Counted from the first letter of the stretch, positions 1-10,527 are shown. The stretch: DNA of 52,581 bases from Chiloscyllium plagiosum (GCF_004010195.1 NC_057719.1:32303153-32355733); one strand, 5' to 3'. A program made the numbers and translations. The notes: generated from the sequence alone by a model not told the origin.

Positions 1-352
1 TTACTACTATCCAGATGTGTCGTAATTTCATCCTTTATAATAGACTCCAGCATCTTTCCCACCACTGAGGTCAGACTAACTGGTCTATAATTTCCTGCTT
101 TCTCTCTCTCACCTTTCTTAAAAAGTGGTATAACATTTGCCACCCTCCAATCCTCAGGAACTGACCCCGAATCTATTGAACTCTGGAAAATAATCACCAA
201 CGCATCCATGATTTCCCGAGCTACCTCCTTCAGTACCCTGGGATGTAGACCATCAGGCCCCGGAGACTTATCAACCTTCAGGCCTAACAGTCTCTCCAAC
301 ACCAAATACTGGCAAATTTAAATTCCCTTAAGTTCAGGTCCTTCAGCCACTG

Positions 353-1561
353 TTACCTCAGGGAGATTGCTGTGTCTTCCCCAGTGAACACAGCTCTGAA
401 GTTCCCATTTAATTCCTCTGCCATTTCTTTGTTCCTAGTAATATATTCCTCTGTTTCTGTCTTCAAGGGCCCAATTTTTGTCCTAACCATTTTTTTGCCT
501 TCCACATACCTAAAAGAGCTTTTACTATCCTCCTTAATATTCTTGGCCAGTTTACCTTCGTACCTCATTTTTCCTCTGCGTATTTCCTTCTTAGTAATCC
601 TCTGTTGCTCTTTAAAAGCTTCCCAGTCCTCAGTTTTCCCACTTATCTTAGCTATGTTATACTTTTTCTCTTTTAACTTTATATGTTTCTTAACTTCCCT
701 CGTCAGCCATGGCCACCCACGCCTCCTCCTAGGATCTTTCTTCCTTTTTGGAATGAACTGATCCTGCATCTTCTGCATTATACACAGAAATATCCGCCAT
801 TGTTCCTCCACTGTCATCCCTGCTAAGGTATTGCACCATTGAACTTTGGCCAGCTCCTCCCTCATAGCTCCATAGTTCCCTTTATTCAACAGAAATGTTG
901 TCACTTTCGATTGTATTCTCTCCCTCTCAAATTGCATATTGAAGCTTATTGTGTTATGGTCACTACTTCCCAATGGCTCCTTCACTTCGAGGTCCCTGAT
1001 CAATTCTGGTTCATTGCACAATACCAGATCCAGAATTGCCTTCTCCCTAGTAGGCTCCGGCACCGGCTGTTCTAAGAATCCATCTCGGAGGCACTCCATA
1101 AAGTCTCTTTCTTGAGGTCCAATACTATCCTGATTCTCCCAGTCTACCTGCATGTTGAAATCCCCCATAACAACTGTAGTAACATCTTTGCGACAGGCCA
1201 GTTTCAGCTCCTGATTCAACTTACCTCCGACATCCAGACTACTGTTTGGGGGCCTGTAGATAACTCCCAAGAGGGTTCTGCTTTTCAGCCTTCTTCCTAG
1301 TTCTCCGAAGTCCCGCTGTAGTATGTTCCTCCTCTTCTTCCCGACATCATTTGTGCCGACATGTACCACCACCTCTGGCTCTTCACCCTCGTCCTTGAGG
1401 ATTTCCTGCACTCTGTCTGTGATGTCTTTCACCCTGGCACCAGGAAGGCAACACACCATCCTTAAGTCCCGCCTGCTGCCACAAAAACCCCGGTCAGTTC
1501 CTCTCACTATGGAGTCCCCTATCACCACAGCTCTGTGCGATGTCTGACTCCTCACACTCAC
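353..1561 (-). CDS. Chimeric CR1 ORF: ORF1 esterase fragment fused in frame to ORF2 endonuclease C-half and linker (402 aa)
   Basis: Junction reads LKSRT|LLGVIYRPP near 1274, whereas the CR1 copy at 35515-35820 continues LKSRTSRIVFSGLL. The start codon is GTG, so translation is not established. Confidence 0.6.
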   Translation of the reverse strand: MSVRSQTSHRAVVIGDSIVRGTDRGFCGSRRDLRMVCCLPGARVKDITDRVQEILKDEGEEPEVVVHVGTNDVGKKRRNILQRDFGELGRRLKSRTLLGVIYRPPNSSLDVGGKLNQELKLACRKDVTTVVMGDFNMQVDWENQDSIGPQERDFMECLRDGFLEQPVPEPTREKAILDLVLCNEPELIRDLEVKEPLGSSDHNTISFNMQFERERIQSKVTTFLLNKGNYGAMREELAKVQWCNTLAGMTVEEQWRIFLCIMQKMQDQFIPKRKKDPRRRRGWPWLTREVKKHIKLKEKKYNIAKISGKTEDWEAFKEQQRITKKEIRRGKMRYEGKLAKNIKEDSKSSFRYVEGKKMVRTKIGPLKTETEEYITRNKEMAEELNGNFRAVFTGEDTAISLR

Positions 1562-1562
1562 T

Positions 1563-1750
1563 CAAATAACAATCACTTACCTTCCCGACCAGCTTTGCGC
1601 TCCGACTTCACTTCCGCCCAGCTCCCACCATTCTCTGCTGCAAAAAGACCGTTGGTGTCGAGGTGAGTTCTTAAATAACAATCACTTACCTTCCCGACCA
1701 GCTTTGCGCTCTGACATCACTTCCGCCCAGCACCCGCCGTTCTCTGCTAT
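1563..1750. repeat. Two ~80 bp direct repeats (period ~110 bp) in the CR1 5'UTR
   Basis: aaataacaatcacttaccttcccgaccagctttgcgct...cacttccgcccagc...ttctctgct occurs at ~1564 and ~1673. Confidence 0.9.
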
Positions 1751-2068
1751 GTTGCACTCAATAACTCTTTTAAGAAACCCGAAATCCCACCTGCTTTGCT
1801 GCTAATAATTTTCTTAGTGTCCTGCAATCTTCAACAATAAGAATGATCAAGAATCAATGTGATCATATCTGGAGGCACAAAACCCTTCACATCAATGCCC
1901 ATCCCCCGTCAAACCCTGAACTTACATTTGCCAAGGGTTTGTTTGTCACCAGGTTACTGATAGTTGATTTGGCTAGACTCTGCAGACCCTAGTGTATTGA
2001 AATGAAGGTTAGGAATTAAAATGATTCAGGACTCCTACTGAACAACTGAACCAGTGTTGTAGAAAATT

Positions 2069-4047
2069 CTATTCATAATTCTCAATAATTTTAAAAATAG
2101 TTATGGAAGAGGATAAGCCTTTCATAAAAGTTAAAGCTCTTAATTGAAGTAAGGCAAATTTTAATGGTATGAGATAATAACTTTCAAAAGTTGATTGGAA
2201 TAGACTGTTTGCGGGTAAAAAAAAATGACTGACAAGTGGTAGGTTTTTGAAAGTGTGATCATGAGAGTTCAGAGGCATTATGTTCTTGTTATAGTGAAAG
2301 GTAAGGCTGGTAGGTTTTGGGAACAATGGATGGATAAAGGTATTGAGGTTCTAGTCAAGAATAATAAATAATCACATATTAGATATAGACAACTGGGATC
2401 AAATTAATTTCTTGAAAATTATAAAGAGTGTAGGGGCATTCTTAAGAGGGAAATCAGGAAGGCAAAGAGGGGATTTGAAATAGTCTTGACAGGTAAAGTT
2501 AAGGATAATCCCAAGAGATTCCATGAGTACAATAAGAGCACAAGAGCAACTAGAGAGAGATTGGGCCTCTCAGACATCAATGTGGTCCTGTTCATGTTGA
2601 AACTCAAGAGCTGGGAGAGATATTCAATGAATATTTTGTGTCAGTTTTTATTGTGGAAAATAAATGGAGGCTTGAGAACCCTGGGAAATAAATACTGATG
2701 TTTAGAAAACAGGTCACATTACAGAACAGGATGTGCTGGAGGTCTTAGAAAACATAAAGGTGGATGTCTCCGGGAGCTGATCAAGTGCATCCCAAGATGT
2801 TGTGGGACATTAGGAAGGAAATTACAGCCCCTTAGCAGAAATATTTATGTCATCTATAACCATGGTGAGGTGCTGGAGGACAGGAGGGTGGCTAATGTTG
2901 CACCTTTATTTAAGAAATGTTCTAAGGAGAAGGCTGGGAAATATTGACCTGTGAGTCTAACATTTGGTGGTGGGTAAATCATTGGAGGGGATTCTAAAAG
3001 GTAGAATTTACATGCATTTGGAGAGGCAAGGAATGATTAAGGATAGGTGGGGATTAGTTTAGTGGTGGCATGGTTTTATGCAAGGGAAATTGTGTCTCAC
3101 AAACTTAATTGAGTTTTTTGAGGAAGTAGACAAAAGGATTGACGAGGGCAGAGTGGTAGCAGTTATTTACTTGGACTTTAGTGAAGCCTTTGACAAGGTT
3201 CCACATAATAGACTAATTAGTAAAATTAGATCACATGGGATTCAGGGTGACCTCGCCAATTGGATATAAAATTGGCTAGATAATAAGCAACAGAGGATGC
3301 TGGTGGAGGGTTGTTTGTCAGACTGGAGGCCTGTGATCTGCAGTGTTCCACAGGGATCAGTGCTGAGTACTCTTTTGTTTCTCATTTGCATAAATGTTTT
3401 GGATTAGAATTTGGTTACTAAGTTTGCATATGACACTGAGGTTGGTGGTATTGTGGTCTGTGAAGAAGGCCATCTAAGAAAGAAGACATCTTGATCAATT
3501 GAGTCAATGGACTGAGGAATGGCAGGAGTTTACTTTGGATAAATGTGAGATTTTGTGTTTTTATAAAATAAACAAGGGCAGGACTTGTACAACTAAATGG
3601 TAGGGACCTGGGTAGTGTTGTAGAACAGAGATCTAATGGTTCAAGCACATAATTCCTTAAAATTTGTATCACAGGTAGATAGGATGGTTAAGAAGGCATT
3701 TAGCATGCTTGCCTTCATTGCTCAGAGTCTTGAGTATAGGAGTTGTCTTGTCATGTTGAGGTCACACAGGATATTGGTGAGGCCTCTTCTGGAGTACTTT
3801 GTGCAGTTCTGGTTGTCCTGTTATAGGAAGGATATTATTAAACTGCAGAAGGTTCAGGAAAGACTTAGCAGGATGTTGCCAGGAATGGAGGGTTTGAGTT
3901 ATAAAAATAGGCTAGAACATCTTTCACTGGAGTATGAGGTTAAGGAGTGACCTTATAGAGGTTTATAAAATCATAAGGGGTATAGACAAGGTGACTAGCA
4001 AAGGTCTTTTCTCCCCCCAAGGTGGGGCGTTCAACACTAGGGTACAT
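2069..4047 (+). mobile_element. Degenerate CR1 LINE ORF2 fragment (linker and RT), 3' end missing
   Basis: ORF pieces CLTNLIEFFEEV/YLDFSEAFDKVPH (3078-3269) and LVRPLLEYFVQFW (3636-3950). Similarity stops at actagggtacatgg (~4047), before the usual CR1 3'UTR. Confidence 0.92.
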
Positions 4048-4378
4048 GGGGATGTGACTACAGATTTTAATGGTTGTTGGTCTCTGACCGGTGCCTGTGT
4101 AGTCACCTTTGTAATCGTTTCTACGTATTTTATCAATTGCAAAGTTGGTCGAACCTCCACGTGGTTCCTCCCGGAAACTACCTGTAAGAGGAAGCTCCAA
4201 ACAGGTGTGGTTTTACTTGTGTAGAGGTTATATTAGCATGGTTTTATCATTAGCTTTATCACTAATTTTACCTTTGGTTTTACCTTTGGTTTTAACCAAT
4301 GCTGTATGCCACTGACCGTTTTACTATTTCCTTCTGTTGTAAGAGCATTTACTCTGATCAGGTCGGCCAATACGACCA
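4048..4378 (+). ncRNA. HDV-like self-cleaving ribozyme at the R2 5' end
   Basis: P2 TGGTCGA (4146-4152) pairs with T(A)CGACCA (4371-4378). P3 ACC/GGT encloses L3 TCCACGT (4153-4165). P1 3' strand TCCTCCC (4166-4172), P1.1 GG (4173-4174). P4 base ACCTG..AGAG (4180-4190) pairs with CTCT..CAGGT (4352-4363). J4/2 is GCCAA with the putative catalytic C at 4367. The P1 5' strand near 4048-4055 pairs only partly. Confidence 0.8.
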
Positions 4379-4839
4379 GAGAAAAGATACGAGACGGCTG
4401 GTGACCACTTGGTCGATGATAGAAACCTAGTTTTGGAAGGGGCGATTATGTCTAACTCCAAAATTTTCCGGTTGGGTGGGAGACCGGGAAAATAACCGCC
4501 CCGCACGGTTGTTATTGGCGGCACTGTGTGCTAAGTGTTAGCCAAACATGGACTAGACCATCCATTTCAACACAAATGGAAGAGACCCTAAGAGTTACTC
4601 CGGCATGGCTGCCCTCTGGTAGGCACGAGGAAGCCAATAAGAAAGTCCAGAGTAATCAGGACCAAATTCGAATGGAAGGACTTAGAGAAGGCCCCTCTAG
4701 AGTCCTGGTTCGTTTAACAGCCGGACAATTTCTAATTTGATTTTAGTCAAATTGGAGAACTAGAGAGCAACAAGGAGAGGAGTGAGAGTAGGATTATTCA
4801 TCTGGTTATTAATGAAGAAGAAAAATTGGAGGAGATGAT

Positions 4840-7800
4840 AGAATACCTGTTAGACAATTTTGTGTAAATTTTGTAACAATTTATAATACTATGGGAATGT
4901 TTAGGAAACATCTAAAATTATGTAAAGGGATTAAAACGATAAGAATTAAATGTGGCTGGGAAGATTATTATTATTATTATTATTAAAATTTACAACACGA
5001 AAGGCACGTGCATCCCAATTTGAGAAACTTTAAGAGGAAAAAAGAGAATAAAGAAAATAAAGATCTCTCGGATAAAGGAGAGAAAGGTAAAAGAGGTATA
5101 TGGTCTAATTCTGAAATTAAAATGTTACAACAATTAGAATTGGAATTGAGGTTGTAAAAATATCAATAAAACTTATTGCGGAAAAATTGGAAACTAAAAT
5201 AGCAAAACAGATTTCCGATAAAAGGAGATTGTTAACTTTATCGTGACTCTTACTATGTTTATTTATGGGCATAAGTCAGGAAGTGGTCCTTTGTAGTAAT
5301 AAAAGTGAGAGTAGTAATCTGGATATAGATACAGTAATAGAGGAGATAGGAACTGGTGAGCGTAATCGCCAAGGTAATAATATTAATAGGTCACTAACAG
5401 AATTAGTAGAGATAATAGAGGATAAAATAAGTAAGAGTAAACGTATAATGAAGGACTACGATAGCATCATGGATATGATAGTTCGTAAATTAGAGAATAA
5501 TAATGAGAATAATAAGAAACAAGTAGTTACTGAGCAGAAGGTTAGTGGACAAGAATGTAGTAAGAAGGTAAATAACGCGAAGAGAAGATACAGTCAAAAA
5601 AGAAAGTTCAAAGAAGTCCAGGTTTTATATAAAAATAAAAGGCAATATTTAGCTAGAACCTTGATGGGGGCTCTGGCTAAGTGTGAATGCCTGCTCAGAA
5701 AGGAATTAGAGGAATATTTTAGAGATTATCTAACTCTAACGATAAAAGTAATCTAAAGAGGCTTTGCTAAATACAGAGGTCAGATTGAGGGATCAATATG
5801 CGACATACTGACTAGTCCTATAACGGTAGACATAAATCAGGCCGTGAAGGCGATGGATGTTAAAACTGTGGCGGGACCAGATTGGATGACGCTGAAAGAA
5901 ATAATTAGAATATTTAACAAAGATAATATGAGAATTCCTAAAATATTTACCATTTGGGTAAAAACAGGTAAAATCCCGGATAAACTTAAAATAAGTAGAA
6001 CCGTGTTGATTCCCAAAGTAAGTGATGAGGATGGATTAAAAGATATCAATAACTGGAGACCAATCACAATAGGTCCAATTATGCTTAGGCTGTTTACAAA
6101 AATTATAGCCAATAGATTAAGTAGTTATAAATTTAAATAAAAGGCAAAAAGGTTTTATGGCAGGTGTGGCAGGGTGTGAAGAAAACATTAAAATCCTGGA
6201 GAATATCATGAATGCAGCTAAGAAGAATAAAATTGATCTAGCAGTGGTACTCTTAGACCTGGCGAAAGCCTTTGATATTGTAGGACATAAATTAATAATA
6301 AATGCCCTTCGAAGAATTCAGCTCCCCCAACATTTATTAAATTAATTACAAATTTGTATGAAAATAATTTTACTCAGATTAAAGGTTTTAATTGTAAAAC
6401 TGATAAGATTAAAATTTTAAGAGGGGTTAAACAAGGTGATGCGTTATCACCAATTCTTTTTAATATAGTTATAGACCCCCTTATAACCACTATTGAAGAA
6501 GGAAAAAGAGGATTATTTTTAGGTCAAGATAAAGAGAGCAATCATTGTGCAACTCTAGCATTTGCTGATGGTATAGCTTTAATTAGCCAATCCTACGATG
6601 GAATGGCATACAATTTAAAACTAGTTGAGAAATTTTGTAGTAATACGGGGATGGAGGTCAATATAAGAAAAACAAAAGGGTTCTACTTTACTTATAAAAA
6701 CAAAACGTTTTTATATATAATGACAAGGCAAATTGGAAATTTAATAAGGGAAACATGCAATTCATAGATCCAGGAAGTACTGATAAATATTTAGGAGCAA
6801 AGATAGACCCATGGATTGGTGTACGCCAATCAGATTGGGAAAACCAACTAGGTATATAGATTGAAAATCTTAAAAGATCCCTTTTAAAACCTGTTCAGAA
6901 ATTGGAACTTTTAAAAATTTATTTTATCCCTAGATGATATTATCTAATTTTATCAGAGGTATCATTAAACTATCTTAATAAACTTGATAACATAATTAAA
7001 AATGCAATTAAAGAAATATTACATCTCCCATAATCCATCACGGATGGCTATTATATACAAAGTCCCAGGATGGCAGCCTTGCGTTGAACAGACTGTCAAC
7101 ACTTATTCCAGTTGCAATTTTGAGGAAATATGAGATGCTATACAAATCCGAGGATGAAATCTTACATGCCTCATTTTCATTCGAGGGTGGTATATAGCTA
7201 CGAAAATGCACAAGCTCAGTAAATTCAAAGTATTAGAAAATATCTGGAATCCAAATAGAAATCGACAGTTGGGAGAATCTGATATTATTGAGGAAGAGAA
7301 CGAGAGAGTAGAAGAATTTAGCAATAAGAACTATGCTAACTGGAGATCCATGGAACTTCAGCAATGGATGGCCTTGCCCTGTCAAGGGGCTGGTACCCAT
7401 TATTTTAAGAATGATGATATCTCTAATAACTGGTTGATGAAAATACAACACATGAAGATGTCCAAAGTAATAAATCCAATTTTATTACGAACGAATTTTT
7501 ATCCAACATGGGCGTCGCTAGTGTATGGAAGGCCTTTTAATATCAGGAGTTGTCGGAGATGTAATGATAATTCTGAAACATTGCGCATATCGCAGGATGG
7601 TGTCCCTATGTTAAAAATGAGGATAAAAAGATACAATAGAGTAAGGGAAGAGCTAACAAAGTTTATCAAGATAAAAGGATGGATAATATACATGGAACCA
7701 CGTATTAAAGATAATACCGGGAAATTATGGATATCGGACTTAACCTGATTTTCCTTTTTAAAAATTATCGTGGATGATGGGGTGATCAGAACGGATTAAC

Positions 7801-8115
7801 AAATTAACTCGCTCAAACAAGCCTGGGAAGGAAAGAAAGATCAATATAAACATCTGGAAAAGTAAATAATGGACCTTTCAAAAGGAACTAAAATATCCTT
7901 TTTATGGTTTTGTGATGGGATCTCAAAGAAAATGGTTTGGAAAGAACAATGAACTAATGAAAGACCTTGGGATAGAAAGATTTAAATCTCTTGCTCAGAA
8001 CATTGCAAACCTTGTTTTATCTTTGACTCTTGAGCTTTTAAGGATTTTTATGGACTCTTGGGATTCTCCAGTTGACAAAATTAATAACTTTTTAATTTTG
8101 TTTGTTTTTAAATAA
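4840..8115 (+). pseudogene. Frameshifted R2 polyprotein (ZF-Myb-RT-RLE)
   Basis: Collinear ORF fragments 5265-5756, 5844-6140, 6157-6345, 6354-6767, 7206-7748 and 7912-8115. The catalytic FADD reads FADG, and there are several stops and frameshifts. Confidence 0.88.
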
Positions 8116-9258
8116 AGTTTTAGGTTAATTTAAATTAGCATTGATTTTAACTATATATTAAAATTTTAATGTTTTAAGTGCCATTTTGTGACTAGTCACA
8201 GACTCAGTTCTCGGCTTTCACATTGAGTTTCCTTTCACTTCATTTCTTGACAGTTCATTATTTCTCCTTCCCCCAAATGGACTGACAAGCCCCTCACTCA
8301 ACTTTTATTAACTCACTGACTTTTACATTCCCAAATCTTTCTAGTTTTGAACAGCCATCCAGAATGTTTCCTGCTCATGTAACTCTCCAATATGTCAGTC
8401 TCTCCATGGAAATGGTAATTGTCTCAAACCAGAGACAGTTGATGCTGCTCATGCCTTGGATGGACTCCCCCATTGTCCATAAATGACCAATGTCCAAGCA
8501 GTTCACTCTTCTCCTAGTGTCTGCTGATCATTTCAGTCTCACCAGCTATGTCAAGTTGAGCACTAATGGGCTGTTTCTCAGTTTTCTAACTGAGAATAGC
8601 CAGAAATATTAGTCTGCCTTTATTGACTGTACCTTTTATGCCATACTGACCAGCTAATGCTACCCTTTCTGACTATGAACTAATACCCACTCACATGCAA
8701 ATACCCGCAACCATGCACAGTGCACTGGAATGATGTGACGTTCTGCTGATGTAGTCCCAAACAGTTGCTTGGAACTCTTCTTCACCTCATTTGTGACATC
8801 ACCTTCAAGAAAGAAGATTGATATTGACATTGTGACCAACTCTCTCTGCTTCACCGTTCTTCTTGGAGCTCCCTCTGTTCACAACTAGTCACAGACACAT
8901 CAGAACTGTTCATGGATACTTGCATGAAGTAACACTCTGCCCCCACGTCACCCTTAGCTGCAGGCTAACATGATGAAACTCCTCTCACCTGCAGTGCCCC
9001 CATCTCTTTTGATGATCAATACAGTTAGCAAAGGCAATCTTCCTGCAGCTCATCTCGGCCTTCTGGCATTTACAAACGTCTTTCTTCAAAGTACAGAAAT
9101 ACCACTGCTCTCTAAAGGTCCAGTCACATTTCCCTGTTCCAGTTCAAGATCTAGCATTGTCACTGGGAGGCTCTAGCTGTGAGTGCCATTTTGTATTTGT
9201 AATGCAGCACACATCCCTGACTGGGCTAGGGCCTCCTTTGTGAGTCTACAAATGTGTC

Positions 9259-10527
9259 ATTAACCGCCTCAACCTGTCTACCTCCCTTCCCTACTCAACC
9301 TCTCACCCTCACAATGCACAGCCCTCCAATCCCTCTGCTCCAATCCCAACCTCACCATTAAGCCAGCGGATAAAGGGGGCACAGTGGTAGTCTGGCGCAC
9401 TGACCTCTACACCACTGAAGCCAAACGTCAACTCAAGGATACCTCTTCCTACTGCCCCCTCGACCATGACCCCACCCCCCATCACCAAACCATCATCTCC
9501 CANNNNNNNNNNNNNNNNNNNNNNNNNNNNNNNNNNNNNNNNNNNNNNNNNNNNNNNNNNNNNNNNNNNNNNNNNNNNNNNNNNNNNNNNNNNNNNNNNN
9601 NNNNNNNNNNNNNNNNNNNNNNNNNNNNNNNNNNNNNNNNNNNNNNNNNNNNNNNNNNNNNNNNNNNNNNNNNNNNNNNNNNNNNNNNNNNNNNNNNNNN
9701 NNNNNNNNNNNNNNNNNNNNNNNNNNNNNNNNNNNNNNNNNNNNNNNNNNNNNNNNNNNNNNNNNNNNNNNNNNNNNNNNNNNNNNNNNNNNNNNNNNNN
9801 NNNNNNNNNNNNNNNNNNNNNNNNNNNNNNNNNNNNNNNNNNNNNNNNNNNNNNNNNNNNNNNNNNNNNNNNNNNNNNNNNNNNNNNNNNNNNNNNNNNN
9901 NNNNNNNNNNNNNNNNNNNNNNNNNNNNNNNNNNNNNNNNNNNNNNNNNNNNNNNNNNNNNNNNNNNNNNNNNNNNNNNNNNNNNNNNNNNNNNNNNNNN
10001 NNNNNNNNNNNNNNNNNNNNNNNNNNNNNNNNNNNNNNNNNNNNNNNNNNNNNNNNNNNNNNNNNNNNNNNNNNNNNNNNNNNNNNNNNNNNNNNNNNNN
10101 NNNNNNNNNNNNNNNNNNNNNNNNNNNNNNNNNNNNNNNNNNNNNNNNNNNNNNNNNNNNNNNNNNNNNNNNNNNNNNNNNNNNNNNNNNNNNNNNNNNN
10201 NNNNNNNNNNNNNNNNNNNNNNNNNNNNNNNNNNNNNNNNNNNNNNNNNNNNNNNNNNNNNNNNNNNNNNNNNTACCTGCCTATCTCCTTTTCCACCTAT
10301 CCACTCCACCCTCTCCTCCCTGACCTATCACCTTCATCCCCTCCCCCACTTACCCATTGTACTCTATGCTACTTTCTCCCCACTCCCACCCTCCTCTAGC
10401 TTATCTCTCCATGCTTCAGGCTCACTGCCTTTATTCCTGATGAAGGGCTTTTGCCTGAAATGTCGGTTTCGAAGCTCTTTGGATACTGCCTGAACTGCTG
10501 TGCTCTTCCAGCACCACTAATCCAGAA
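9259..10527 (+). mobile_element. Penelope-like element spanning an assembly gap
   Basis: LTIKPADKGGTVVVWRTDLY (PLE RT N-terminus) left of the gap. Right of it lie a C-rich 3'UTR and a hammerhead-like cctgatgaagggcttttgcctgaaatgtc at ~10437-10465. Confidence 0.85.
9503..10273. other. Assembly gap (N run)
   Basis: Run of N. Confidence 1.

Larger units (their letters stand above)
1..1750 (-). mobile_element. CR1-type LINE, 5' part (5'UTR, truncated ORF1 esterase, APE endonuclease C-half, start of RT), internally deleted; runs off the window start
   Basis: ORF 353..1561 has SGNH/GDSL esterase motifs (VVIGDSIVR, CLPGARV, VHVGTND) and APE motifs (GVIYRPP, MGDFN, LDLVL, SDHN). Minus strand of 1-350 reads PGPDGLHPRVLKEVA and NYRPVSLTSVVGK (CR1 RT N-terminus). 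Confidence 0.95.
4048..8186 (+). mobile_element. R2-type (clade A-like) RLE non-LTR retrotransposon, apparently full length, decayed, outside 28S rDNA
   Basis: Ordered motifs: CKFC..HLKLC (4863-4923), QHERHVHP (4993-5016), Myb WSNSE...KQISDKRR (5101-5228), RT (LKDINNWRPITIG, DLAKAFD, GVKQGDALSPILFN, LAFADG, KYLG), CRRC..ETL.HI.GWC knuckle (7551-7605), RIKRYN, EP..G...SDL, and C-terminal FYGFVMG..KW. Both ends are approximate. Confidence 0.9.

Noticed and set aside
372..1547. Plus-strand ORFs overlapping the first CR1
   Set aside because: Antisense shadows of the CR1 ORF.
8100..8300. 28S rRNA fragment downstream of the R2
   Set aside because: No TAGCCAAATGCC or other rRNA-like sequence is visible.
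9384..10493. Long ORFs of 267-369 aa
   Set aside because: They are open only because they cross the N gap.
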